The position numbers and the translations under genes were made by a program. The notes under the pieces are model-generated. The model saw only the letters and a list, made by a program, of their open reading frames with translations, was not told where the DNA came from and did not search any database. 64,000 bases of DNA from a plasmid, in the sequence record NZ_CP143948.1, one strand, 5' to 3'. Position 1 is the stretch's first letter. The number at the start of each line of letters is the position of its first letter. Shown piece after piece: positions 1 through 9,187 of the stretch.

Positions 1-65
1 TTATGGATGGAAATTGCTATTATTTATTACAATGAGTTTGTTGCCGGTTACTAACATTGGTTCGT

Positions 66-336
66 GGCGTAAGACACGGACATGCCACCAACCGCAAGGG
101 GCTCTCAATACGCTAACGCTATGCTGTCAAGAGGCTGTACGAATTATGCCTATATGGTTTTCTATGCTCGACGAAACCGGCTTTTATGCGCCGTCCATGG
201 CGCATAACACCTTGCCCTGCCGTCCATGGCAGGACATTCCTGGGTTCCATGTGCATAATTCTACAGACTCTAAACAGCTCCGCTAGTCGCTTATTGAGAG
301 CCCCTTGCGGTTGGTGGCATGTCCGCATCTTACGCC
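66..336 (+). repeat. Structured repeat element, copy A. Terminal stem 77-110/292-325 is a perfect 34 bp and extends to 66/336 across a 2x2 internal loop; it encloses a conserved ~180-nt core
   Basis: The arms are exact reverse complements. The core (111-291) matches the cores at 42502-42675 and 47843-48017 and carries the gcgcc-gtccat-ggcgc and cctgcc-gtccat-ggcagg hairpins. The tracked ORFs 14..286, 119..328 and 305..625 sit inside or across it and are treated as spurious. Confidence 0.8.
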
Positions 337-427
337 CCTTACTTTATTGGTAACAATTCAGTACTTTGTGGTAAAAATAAAAAGAGCCGGTAAGTATAAT
401 AAATATACTTATCGGCTCCTAACCATC

Positions 428-1699
428 CTATACAAGACGTCGTATAGCAAGTATTGTATGACACTGTACGCTTCTGTTTGCTGTGATTCCTGCCTTTGTG
501 GACTGTGCCTCCACTATAACACCACCACCTGCATATATAGCTACATGTCCCGGATATACCACTACGTCTCCCGGCTGTATATTATCGAAGGATACGGCCT
601 GTCCCACAGACTTAAATGCCTGTGAATATCTCGGTGTGCTGATACCAAAATGTGCATATACCTCATGTACAAAGCCTGAACAGTCTACACCGTTTGTAAG
701 ACTGTTTCCACCCCATACATATGGATTGCCCACAAACTGCATAGCGTATGATACTACAGAGCTTCCTGAAACTCCTGTTGAAGCACCCGGGTTCTTTCCA
801 CCGCCTGCTGCATAGTCACTGGCAATACTTCCGCCCTTACCGGCTCCACCACCATCATAGCTTGGACTGATTGATGAGCTGTTCGCTCTGGCAGCGGCTG
901 CGGCTGCAGCTGCTGCCGCTGCTTCCTGCTCCTGAATGATTTTGCCCTGTGCCGTAATGATATTCTGATAATTATCTGCCTGCTGCTGTGCCTGAGCTAT
1001 CTGGCTTGCATACTGCTCCTTCTGGTTTTCAAGAGCTACTATAGCCGCCTCGACATCTGCCTGCTGCTTCTCATAGTCATCCTGCATGGCTGTGAGCTCA
1101 TTCATGTCGTTGTCAAGCTTAGTACCAATCTCCTTCACCTGCTCAACTGCTGCCTGATAAGAATCCATAAGAGCACGATCCGAATCATATACATCTGACA
1201 CGTACTCTATACGATTGAGCATATCTGTGATACCATTTGACTCAATAATTGCTGTCCAGATATTGTCCTCAGCGCTATTTTCATACATGAACTGTATACG
1301 CTTCTTCATGGCGTCATACTGCTCCTGCTGCTTTTCCTGAGCAGCTGCAAGATCCTTCTGATTCTGCTCTATCTCTGCCTGTTTATTTGTGATATCTGTC
1401 TGAAGCTTCTTTTGTGCTGCAAGAATCTCATCAAGCTTTGCAGATTTATTCTTTATATCATCAGCAGTAGTCTGCTGCTGATCCTTTAGACCATTAATCT
1501 CATTCTTCTTATCCTTGAGATCCTTCTCAGCCTGTGACTTCTTCTTTTCTGCATCCTTCTGCTTCTGTGTCTTGGCATATACCTTCTCAAGTCCACTGTT
1601 TATGTATCCGCTAAATGTAGTGCCCTCTACTGCCGGTCCTGTAAAAACGAGTGCCGATGTTAACACAGTACATATAGCACGTGTCCATTTCTGATTCAT
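428..1699 (-). CDS. Secreted peptidoglycan DL-endopeptidase: N-terminal signal peptide, a long Q/K/E/A-rich coiled coil and a C-terminal NlpC/P60 domain (CwlO/PcsB-like)
   Basis: Signal peptide MNQKWTRAICTVLTSALVFTGPAVEG. The NlpC/P60 catalytic region is GNPYVWGG...DCSGFV...GDVVVY...HVAIYAG. An RBS (aggagga) precedes the ATG. Confidence 0.85.
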   Translation of the reverse strand: MNQKWTRAICTVLTSALVFTGPAVEGTTFSGYINSGLEKVYAKTQKQKDAEKKKSQAEKDLKDKKNEINGLKDQQQTTADDIKNKSAKLDEILAAQKKLQTDITNKQAEIEQNQKDLAAAQEKQQEQYDAMKKRIQFMYENSAEDNIWTAIIESNGITDMLNRIEYVSDVYDSDRALMDSYQAAVEQVKEIGTKLDNDMNELTAMQDDYEKQQADVEAAIVALENQKEQYASQIAQAQQQADNYQNIITAQGKIIQEQEAAAAAAAAAAARANSSSISPSYDGGGAGKGGSIASDYAAGGGKNPGASTGVSGSSVVSYAMQFVGNPYVWGGNSLTNGVDCSGFVHEVYAHFGISTPRYSQAFKSVGQAVSFDNIQPGDVVVYPGHVAIYAGGGVIVEAQSTKAGITANRSVQCHTILAIRRLV

Positions 1700-1890
1700 T
1701 TTATTCCTCCTGTAATACGACGGTCAGATTGACCTTTCCTTCCACAATTTATGTTCAATATACATTCGGATATATTATCGCACAAAATGAATCTTTTTTC
1801 CACATCTTTTTGTAAATTTACAGAATTTTCCACATTTTATATAATGATATGATTAAAAAGTCAAAAGGTATCTTGCCCCTAATTTATGAT

Positions 1891-3465
1891 TCACATACGC
1901 GCTATTATAAGTCTATCATCAGGTTTGATGCTATCTGATGTCAGAGCATTTATTTCCATTATGTTTTCAACAGTGGTGCGGTATCTTTTTGCAATGTCCC
2001 ACATTTTATCATCCTTCTGCACTATATAGCCAACCAGAGCTGCTTCCTCTTCAGTATCAGACGCTGTTTTTTCCTGCTCCACCGATATTATGACTGACAC
2101 TTCATCCTGCTGCAGGGCAATAGCGTTTATGCTGACAACACCCTTAATTTCATATTCGCTGTTGTCGAGCAGATTGACCTGCACCTGGTCTACCTGCAGA
2201 TTTACCTCGCAGCAGGTGTTGGCATCCATGCCGGGTATCTCAACAAACTGTTCAAACGGCACAGAGTCTGTATGCATCTCTATCGGACAGCCATCATCCT
2301 CCACAATATTCACACAGTTCACCTGCAATACACCTGACACAATAATTCCTGTGTCTGCATTTTTTATCTGTGCAATAGCGGCCTGCGTCTTTGTACCGCA
2401 TATTCTTAAAATTCTCTTTTTGCTGTTTTCTCTGTACAACTGCTCCAAAATACGGCATTTTGTGTCATTTTTCATAAGAAGGCTGCATACCTTCATCTTT
2501 TCAAACACAGGTTTTACCGGACATGATACGCTGTACATGTCATTGAGCACCTCTACTGTTTCCTCACTCCAGACCTTTCCATCCACCGCAAGTGCTGCCT
2601 CAATCGAAAGCTGCCTGAGCTCTCCGTCGTAATCATTTTCCGCCTCAACCTGATGCATGGCAGGCTGTGTGCGAAGCCAGGCAATATTTCCGGCATTATC
2701 ACCCTCGCAGCGTATTTCATTTGAAAACCCCTCCTGCACCTCAAAGCAGCAAATTTCCTGTTCTTCACTCAGATACACTATACACGCATGGCACTCGCCT
2801 GTCAGTGTGATATGGTCACGCTCGTATGTATACTCCAGATTTCTCATATCAACAAGACTTGATATGAGCTTGCATATATTCGGCTTGGTCTTTGGCAAGG
2901 TGACGACATTTTTAATTCTGACAATATCCCTTACAACACTGTCAAGCTTAAGCACCTTCATCTGCCCCATAAGCTGCTCCACGTCCTTGTCATCAATCCT
3001 TTGTGCAACCTCAAGATTTTCTTCCCTCTCTCCATAAAGCTCCACGCTTATAATGCCTCTGACCGAGAGCTTTCGCGAATTAATAACCCCAACCGTAAGC
3101 TCATCAAGCCCGGTATACACACGAACCGTATCCTTCTCGCAGACTCCTTGAAGAACAAGCTTCTCCTGAAACGGTATTGCATCCTTTATATGCTCCACTC
3201 TGTTTCCGCCGATATTTTCCTCCGGCTCATCGCCTTCAAAAACTTCCTCTCTCGTATACAGCACTTCAAATTCAATGCTTCCACTCAGCCAGATATTCTC
3301 GCCTGACGCTTTTATCTCGTCAATCTTTACCTGCCCGTTCTGACAAACCACTTTGGAAACATCAGGCTTATTGTCCTTTATGACATAATCCCTGTCGAAG
3401 CCAACCTGCGACATATCCTTTACCTTTTCTATGCATTGTCTGATTTTTTGTGTAATTAATTCCAT
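1891..3465 (-). CDS. DUF3794 (SPOCS) repeat protein with a C-terminal LysM domain; SpoVID-like sporulation protein
   Basis: The C-terminus MWDIAKRYRTTVENIMEINAL...DDRLIIA is a LysM motif. The long N-terminal region has the DUF3794-type architecture seen in Clostridia, and other sporulation genes are nearby. Confidence 0.6.
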   Translation of the reverse strand: MELITQKIRQCIEKVKDMSQVGFDRDYVIKDNKPDVSKVVCQNGQVKIDEIKASGENIWLSGSIEFEVLYTREEVFEGDEPEENIGGNRVEHIKDAIPFQEKLVLQGVCEKDTVRVYTGLDELTVGVINSRKLSVRGIISVELYGEREENLEVAQRIDDKDVEQLMGQMKVLKLDSVVRDIVRIKNVVTLPKTKPNICKLISSLVDMRNLEYTYERDHITLTGECHACIVYLSEEQEICCFEVQEGFSNEIRCEGDNAGNIAWLRTQPAMHQVEAENDYDGELRQLSIEAALAVDGKVWSEETVEVLNDMYSVSCPVKPVFEKMKVCSLLMKNDTKCRILEQLYRENSKKRILRICGTKTQAAIAQIKNADTGIIVSGVLQVNCVNIVEDDGCPIEMHTDSVPFEQFVEIPGMDANTCCEVNLQVDQVQVNLLDNSEYEIKGVVSINAIALQQDEVSVIISVEQEKTASDTEEEAALVGYIVQKDDKMWDIAKRYRTTVENIMEINALTSDSIKPDDRLIIARM

Positions 3466-3553
3466 AAAAAATACCCCACTTCAAATATGTATATAAAATA
3501 CATATTCAAGATGGAGTAACTTTATGCAGATGCAAATATTTAAATTCATGATC

Positions 3554-3581
3554 ATTATAAAAGATGTAACATCTTTACATC
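3554..3581 (-). terminator. Rho-independent terminator of veg
   Basis: Hairpin gatgtaa-catct-ttacatc (3563-3581). On the minus strand it is followed by TTTTAT, 7 nt past the veg stop. Confidence 0.5.
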
Positions 3582-3587
3582 ATGATA

Positions 3588-3830
3588 CTAGCAAAGCTGC
3601 ATCCTTATATCTTTTGTAATCACATCAGTGTAGGAGAAAGATAAGAGCTGTGGCGGATTCTGCTCAAACTCATCATCTATCAGAACCGTAAACACACTTG
3701 GGTATGCCTGCTGAATAACACCCTCCTGAATGTCAACCTTGTTGCGGCCGAGATCCTGCTGGATTTTTACCCTGTTGCCACACTGCTGGTGAATCGATGC
3801 TCTGACTTTTCTAATTTCTGTCTGTTCCAT
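3588..3830 (-). CDS. veg: Veg family protein (DUF1021)
   Basis: The YPSVFTVLIDDE...SFSYTDVI core matches the Bacillus Veg signature (TYPSVF...SYSYADIL). The start is moved to MEQTEIRK, which has an AAGGAGG RBS 6 nt upstream. Confidence 0.7.
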   Translation of the reverse strand: MEQTEIRKVRASIHQQCGNRVKIQQDLGRNKVDIQEGVIQQAYPSVFTVLIDDEFEQNPPQLLSFSYTDVITKDIRMQLC

Positions 3831-4111
3831 TTTAAGCCTCCTTATTGTGGATATGCCCACTGGCACATAACTATAGTCCTCATGGTAACCAGTATTGTAA
3901 CGACGGTGTCATATATATGAAATCAATCTCTGTATAAATATAAAACAGGTCAAATTAATCAACAATTATATCAATCAATATATTTGAATATATAAATATG
4001 TCACCACAATATCTAGTAACTTTACTATAGCAAAGTATCGCAGTGATAGCAATAGGGCATTAGTACTGATTGTCAGTTTTTTCGCAACTTTTAACACAAT
4101 TTACGAAATTT

Positions 4112-4540
4112 TCACTCAAACACAACAGGCATTTCACTCAATTCCGTCTTTATTACTATATACGGATAACTCGCCTGATTGCTGACCTTCTCGCCCTTAT
4201 CCGGGGCTATCAGACGCGTATCAAAATACATTGCCTTATCCTTAACATAAAACTGGTTAACCGTAATACTGTAGCCACCTGTCTCCTTTGTGCCAAAGCC
4301 TTCCGCTATGTATAAATATTCATCATCCTTGTACGTCAGCTTCATCGCCTTTGCCTTGTTTTCATTTATCTGCTTTTTAAACTCCTCCGGGATTTCATCC
4401 CCGCAGATTACCGTGTACTCAACCATCCTGTCACTCTCCGTGCCTGAAATATTTGCATGGCAGCCCGAAATCACTGTCGCTGCCGATATAACAAGCACAC
4501 CTGCAGCCACCACCAGAAATTTTCTCAATTTTTCTGACAT
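4112..4540 (-). CDS. Lipoprotein, PrcB C-terminal-domain-like
   Basis: Signal peptide plus lipobox LVISAATVISGC; small secreted protein. Confidence 0.5.
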   Translation of the reverse strand: MSEKLRKFLVVAAGVLVISAATVISGCHANISGTESDRMVEYTVICGDEIPEEFKKQINENKAKAMKLTYKDDEYLYIAEGFGTKETGGYSITVNQFYVKDKAMYFDTRLIAPDKGEKVSNQASYPYIVIKTELSEMPVVFE

Positions 4541-4670
4541 TTTTTCCTCTCTTTCTTATCATATCGCTTATGATATGATATAATATCAAATATTGAACTA
4601 CATTATATCTATTCTCAATAATTCTGAATAGTTTCATTACAATTTATATTATGAAAAAGAGAGGTCAAAT

Positions 4671-5402
4671 ATGCGTTCAGTTTTAATCGTAATATTCGTA
4701 TTTTTCTATCTGCTGCTCGGTCTTCCGGTGCTCGGAGCCATGTGGATAATACACAAATTTGCCCCGGCATGGGCCGATATGGCACAGCTTCGCCTGGTAC
4801 AGTGGGCTTTCCGTGTCATCATATTCCTAAGCGGAGCAGACATTGAATTTATAGGGGAGGAAAATGTGCCAAAGGACGAGGCCGTACTATATATAGGAAA
4901 TCACCGTAGTTTCTTTGACATCATAATCACCTACTCCAGATGTCCACGCTTAACCGGCTACATCTCAAAGCAAAGCATTACAAAAATACCGGTGCTCGGA
5001 CTCTGGATGAAGCGCCTGCACTGCCTGTTTTTGGACCGCGATGACATCAAGCAGGGACTAAAGGTCGTGCTTGCAGCCATAGATCAGGTCAAATCCGGCA
5101 TCAGCATATGTGTATTTCCTGAGGGCACACGCTGCAAAAACAAAGATGACCTGACAGATGTACAGTCTTTCAAAGAAGGTACTTTCAAGATTGCCACAAA
5201 GAGCAAATGTAAGATAGTGCCAATGGCAATCATGGGAACAAATGAAATATTCGAGGATCACCTTCCATGGGTCAAAAAGAATCATGTGGTTATCCGCTAT
5301 GGCACTCCTATTGATCCGGCAACACTCAGCAAAGAGGAACAAAAGCATCTCGGAGCTCATTGCAGAGAAGTGATTGTGGATATGCTTCATGAAATGGTAT
5401 AG
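4671..5402 (+). CDS. plsC: 1-acyl-sn-glycerol-3-phosphate acyltransferase
   Basis: Acyltransferase HX4D motif NHRSFFD and FPEGTR motif, with an N-terminal TM helix. Confidence 0.85.
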   Translation: MRSVLIVIFVFFYLLLGLPVLGAMWIIHKFAPAWADMAQLRLVQWAFRVIIFLSGADIEFIGEENVPKDEAVLYIGNHRSFFDIIITYSRCPRLTGYISKQSITKIPVLGLWMKRLHCLFLDRDDIKQGLKVVLAAIDQVKSGISICVFPEGTRCKNKDDLTDVQSFKEGTFKIATKSKCKIVPMAIMGTNEIFEDHLPWVKKNHVVIRYGTPIDPATLSKEEQKHLGAHCREVIVDMLHEMV

Positions 5403-5404
5403 CT

Positions 5405-5433
5405 GAAAAAACCGCCCATCCGGGCGGTTCTTT
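5405..5433 (+). terminator. Rho-independent (bidirectional) terminator after plsC
   Basis: aaaaaa-ACCGCCC-atcc-GGGCGGT-tcttt. Confidence 0.8.
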
Positions 5434-5478
5434 CATATCTCCTTGCTTTGGCAGAATATTTTTTGATTCGACATTATG

Positions 5479-6528
5479 TTATATTTCAAATGCTTTTATA
5501 CTTTTAAGTGCATAACCATTATTATCAAAAACAGCTTGATTTTCCCACTCATTCCCCTTTCCACGAGCAACACCAACTCCCTTAATTTGATACCAACCCG
5601 GTTCCCAATAAAAAACACCAGCTCCATTTTTACACATCTTTACTGTTTTAATCACTTTTTCTAAAACTTTTTCTTGATTTTCAACCGAAGGTATTAACCC
5701 CATCACTTTTTTAGTTAATTCACCAGTAACAACATTTTGCATTTCATCATTTGATGTATCCGTATATGGAAAAGCTGTTTCAACAACAATAACCTGTTTA
5801 TGAAATAGATTTCCTATATTTATAATATTATCCATCAAAAGATTATATGTTCCTGACCAATATGGATAATAAGATAATCCTACATAATCAAAATCCCAAA
5901 GTCCTTCACTATTCAAATTTGAAAAAAAATGTTTTGTACGCTCTTTATCAGCACCACATTCTATATGCAATACCGTTTTAATTTTCTTACTATTAGTGCT
6001 ATACTGATTAATCTCTGCAATAGCTTTTAATCCCGAATTGATAAATTTAACTAACTGCTTTATATTATTGATATTGCCAAACTCCCATAACATACCATTT
6101 CCAATTTCATTTCCGATTTGTACAATATCCGGAACTGTTTCTTGTTCTATAAAACAATTTATGACATATTTTGTATATTCATAAACCATTTTTTCAATCT
6201 CAAATGCTTCAAGATTTTCCCAATCATTTGGAATTTTCTGTTGTTTCCAGTCTGCCCAAAAATCACTATAATGAAAATCCAACATAAATCCCAGTCCATA
6301 TTTTTTTATACGTTTCGCCATTCTAAGCGTATGTTTTAAATCACAATAATCTCCCTTATCAAATGATTCAGTTGGCTTATTAAATAACCTTAACCTTATA
6401 CAATTAACACCATGACTTGCAAGAATTTTTATTACATCTCCCTCTTCACCATTTAAATCATAGTATTTAGCTCCATAATCTTCCATTGCCTCTAAGCTAG
6501 AAATGTCAGCTCCTATAATAAAACTCAT
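5479..6528 (-). CDS. GH53 arabinogalactan endo-beta-1,4-galactanase with no signal peptide (cytoplasmic)
   Basis: DFHYSDFWADW and IGNEIGNGM are GH53 motifs. The N-terminus opens directly with the catalytic domain (MSFIIGADISS). Confidence 0.8.
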   Translation of the reverse strand: MSFIIGADISSLEAMEDYGAKYYDLNGEEGDVIKILASHGVNCIRLRLFNKPTESFDKGDYCDLKHTLRMAKRIKKYGLGFMLDFHYSDFWADWKQQKIPNDWENLEAFEIEKMVYEYTKYVINCFIEQETVPDIVQIGNEIGNGMLWEFGNINNIKQLVKFINSGLKAIAEINQYSTNSKKIKTVLHIECGADKERTKHFFSNLNSEGLWDFDYVGLSYYPYWSGTYNLLMDNIINIGNLFHKQVIVVETAFPYTDTSNDEMQNVVTGELTKKVMGLIPSVENQEKVLEKVIKTVKMCKNGAGVFYWEPGWYQIKGVGVARGKGNEWENQAVFDNNGYALKSIKAFEI

Positions 6529-6546
6529 AAACTACCCTTTCAATAT

Positions 6547-7563
6547 TTATACTTTTGTTGATTCTTTTAATAATATCGAATACCCTTGTATAATTCTTTT
6601 TTCTCTACTTTTTCCACATAATAAACCATACAATACATCTGATGCCGTATGAGCCAATTTCATAATATCTAGATTCACACAACTGATTGAAGGATAATAT
6701 TCATCCAAAATCTGGCTATTATAAAAAGATGCAATTTTTATATCTTTAGGTATACGAACTTTATATTTACGCAACGAGTTAAGCACATTTATGCAAATAT
6801 TATCATCCATACATATTATACATTCTATTTCTTCTTTTAACATCTTTAACGTTTGTTTCTCAGCAATTTCCGCATATCCAGTATTATCGAAAACTTTTGT
6901 ACAGTCAAAATCAATTTGGCTTTTCTCATATGCCTGCAAAAACCCCTTCATTCGGCTTTTCGTCACTACATGTGTCATATCTCCACAGAATAACGCAATT
7001 TTACGCATTCCCATTTTCAATATCTGCTCTGTCAAATCCTGACAGCCAGCTTGTTGATTCACATCTACCTGATATACAGTGCTATCATTGTAACTGCCTA
7101 TTACAACAAAAGGCACACCATTATCTTGTAAATATTTAATATCAAGTGCATTTTCTATTGTCCTTGACAATATTACACCATCACATTTATGACTTTTAAT
7201 TATATTTTTTAAAGGTTCTATGTCTCCAGCACTTGTTTTTACCAGAATAACCTGATAGCCCAATGGTTGAAAATAATCATATGCTCCCATTATTACTTGT
7301 GAAAAATATGGAAGCAAACCATAATCTTTTTCTCCTGCAACCGTAATCAGAATATTTTTTGTTTTTCTGTGGGAGTATTCACGATTGTATACAGCAGGCT
7401 GTGCCCCCAGCTCTTCCAGATATTCTATAATTTTATTTCTGGTATCCTCTGACACTCTCCCTTTACCAGAGAGTGCCCTAGATACTGTAGTGGATGAAAT
7501 TGATAAATCCTTTGCTATTTGCTTTATCGGTATAGGTTTGCTTTCCATATAAATCCTCATCAT
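6547..7563 (-). CDS. LacI-family transcriptional regulator of the galactan locus (GanR-like). The true start is probably at MESKPIP, 7548
   Basis: HTH IKQIAKDLSISSTTVSRAL followed by a periplasmic-binding-protein-like sugar-binding domain. Confidence 0.85.
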   Translation of the reverse strand: MMRIYMESKPIPIKQIAKDLSISSTTVSRALSGKGRVSEDTRNKIIEYLEELGAQPAVYNREYSHRKTKNILITVAGEKDYGLLPYFSQVIMGAYDYFQPLGYQVILVKTSAGDIEPLKNIIKSHKCDGVILSRTIENALDIKYLQDNGVPFVVIGSYNDSTVYQVDVNQQAGCQDLTEQILKMGMRKIALFCGDMTHVVTKSRMKGFLQAYEKSQIDFDCTKVFDNTGYAEIAEKQTLKMLKEEIECIICMDDNICINVLNSLRKYKVRIPKDIKIASFYNSQILDEYYPSISCVNLDIMKLAHTASDVLYGLLCGKSREKRIIQGYSILLKESTKV

Positions 7564-7566
7564 TTA

Positions 7567-9150
7567 TTATTTATTTTTCATATATGCATCATACTGAGAA
7601 TCAAATTCCTTGAGTACTTTATCTATCCCCGCATCCTTAAGCTGCGATTTAAAAGACTCAAATGTAGCTTCCGTATCTGCTCCATAAATTCCAAGAGAAA
7701 ATGCCATCTTGTATTCATCTACTATTGACTGTACCACAGTAAACTCAGTTTGTACACTAGAAGGATCAAATGTAAATCCTGTCTGCTTTGGAATGTATTC
7801 CATTTCATCATTGTGCTTATTCACAGCAATTTCACGCTCATCAAGTCCCGCTTCATCTGGTTCATCCTGACGATTTATTGCCCATGCCCAGTTATTCCAA
7901 CCATAACCTTCTGCGCCATCAAGAGTTGTGCGATTTCCATCTGAATCAAGTGAATAGTGTTTTCCTTCTATTCCCCCCAATAACAGTCTATTAAGGTTCA
8001 CATCACCTTTCATATAATCCAAAACCAATGCTGCTCTCTCCGGATCTTCCGATTTTTCCGTAATCGCAATAGCATCTGTTGAATAACTACCACGAGTTCT
8101 CTTCACATCTGGTGTTACATCATATACTGAATATGTTCCAGCCTGTGCTTTTTCGAGATTTTTTCCTGCTGTAAACACAGATGAATTCCATACAAATGAG
8201 CCACTTGTACCATTTTCAAAATAAGCTTGAGCATCACTTGTATCATTTATTGCATCAGAAGACCAAACTTTTGCTGATGCAAGTTCTGCCATCTCATTAC
8301 AGTAATCTTTGTAAAAATCAGAAGTATACAGATACCAAATATCATCCGTTGTTGGAGCTGCATCACTATTATTTGCATAATATTCAAAATCATATCCCTC
8401 TGTAACGCCTTGCACACCTTTCGACTGTCCATAAACTGTCAGCAATTGTTCTCTATTGGCATTTGTATTTAATGCTGTAACACCTGTTTCTCCCTGTTTC
8501 TCTGCAAGTTCTTTTAAATAAGAAACATAATTATCCCAAGAATCAGGTTTTGTTAGTCCATATTTATCAATAAGATCTTGTCTGGCAGCCACTACATTAT
8601 ACGCTGTAAATGTCGATTTTGCCTTCGGAACTGCATATATTTTTCCATCTATTGATATTTCATCCCAACTTTCCTTTGGCTGTAACTCATATGAAAGAGG
8701 CATATATTTCTTTAACCACTCAGAATCAAGTTCTTTAAACGCTTTATTTGCTACCTCGTCATTATAATAACACCAAGCTGCTGTATAAATAAGATCAACT
8801 GATTCTCCACCTGCTAGAAGCAAACTATATTTTGTACTATAATCACTCCAATTTAAAAACTCAAGATCCAATGTAGTATTAAGATTCGGTTCAAAATAAT
8901 CTGCATTCGCTTTATCAAGTACTTCATCCATATCTTTAGGTTTATCCCCAAGCACATACATTACAATAGTTTCATGCTTTGATAAATCAAAATCCTGATT
9001 GGCATATGGACTATCACTCTCTATTTTCGTCCTTGAATCTGCAGCCGATTGTGACGATCCTTTTTCTCCATTTCCACAACCTGCTAATCCAACGGTCATT
9101 CCTGCGATGAGTGCTGCACTCACCATTTTCGTTACAATTTGTTTTTTCAT
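7567..9150 (-). CDS. ABC transporter substrate-binding lipoprotein (family 1, LplA-type, ~530 aa)
   Basis: Signal peptide plus lipobox LAGCGNGEK. Its size and composition fit oligosaccharide binding proteins. Confidence 0.8.
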   Translation of the reverse strand: MKKQIVTKMVSAALIAGMTVGLAGCGNGEKGSSQSAADSRTKIESDSPYANQDFDLSKHETIVMYVLGDKPKDMDEVLDKANADYFEPNLNTTLDLEFLNWSDYSTKYSLLLAGGESVDLIYTAAWCYYNDEVANKAFKELDSEWLKKYMPLSYELQPKESWDEISIDGKIYAVPKAKSTFTAYNVVAARQDLIDKYGLTKPDSWDNYVSYLKELAEKQGETGVTALNTNANREQLLTVYGQSKGVQGVTEGYDFEYYANNSDAAPTTDDIWYLYTSDFYKDYCNEMAELASAKVWSSDAINDTSDAQAYFENGTSGSFVWNSSVFTAGKNLEKAQAGTYSVYDVTPDVKRTRGSYSTDAIAITEKSEDPERAALVLDYMKGDVNLNRLLLGGIEGKHYSLDSDGNRTTLDGAEGYGWNNWAWAINRQDEPDEAGLDEREIAVNKHNDEMEYIPKQTGFTFDPSSVQTEFTVVQSIVDEYKMAFSLGIYGADTEATFESFKSQLKDAGIDKVLKEFDSQYDAYMKNK

Positions 9151-9187
9151 TTTTTCCTCCTAAAATCATTTTATGTCTAAAAGGTTA

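Noticed and set aside
14-625. Tracked ORFs 14..286(+), 119..328(-) and 305..625(+)
   Set aside because: The first two lie inside the structured repeat copy A, whose counterparts at 42456 and 47799 have no conserved ORF, and the 90-aa and 69-aa ORFs are simply the two strands of the terminal stem. The third starts inside copy A's 3' arm and runs antisense into the 5' part of the NlpC/P60 gene. None has an RBS.
2090-3383. Plus-strand ORFs (180, 126, 101 and 68 aa) inside the SPOCS/LysM gene
   Set aside because: They are antisense to a well-supported 524-aa gene, have low-complexity Ser/Leu-rich translations and no RBS.
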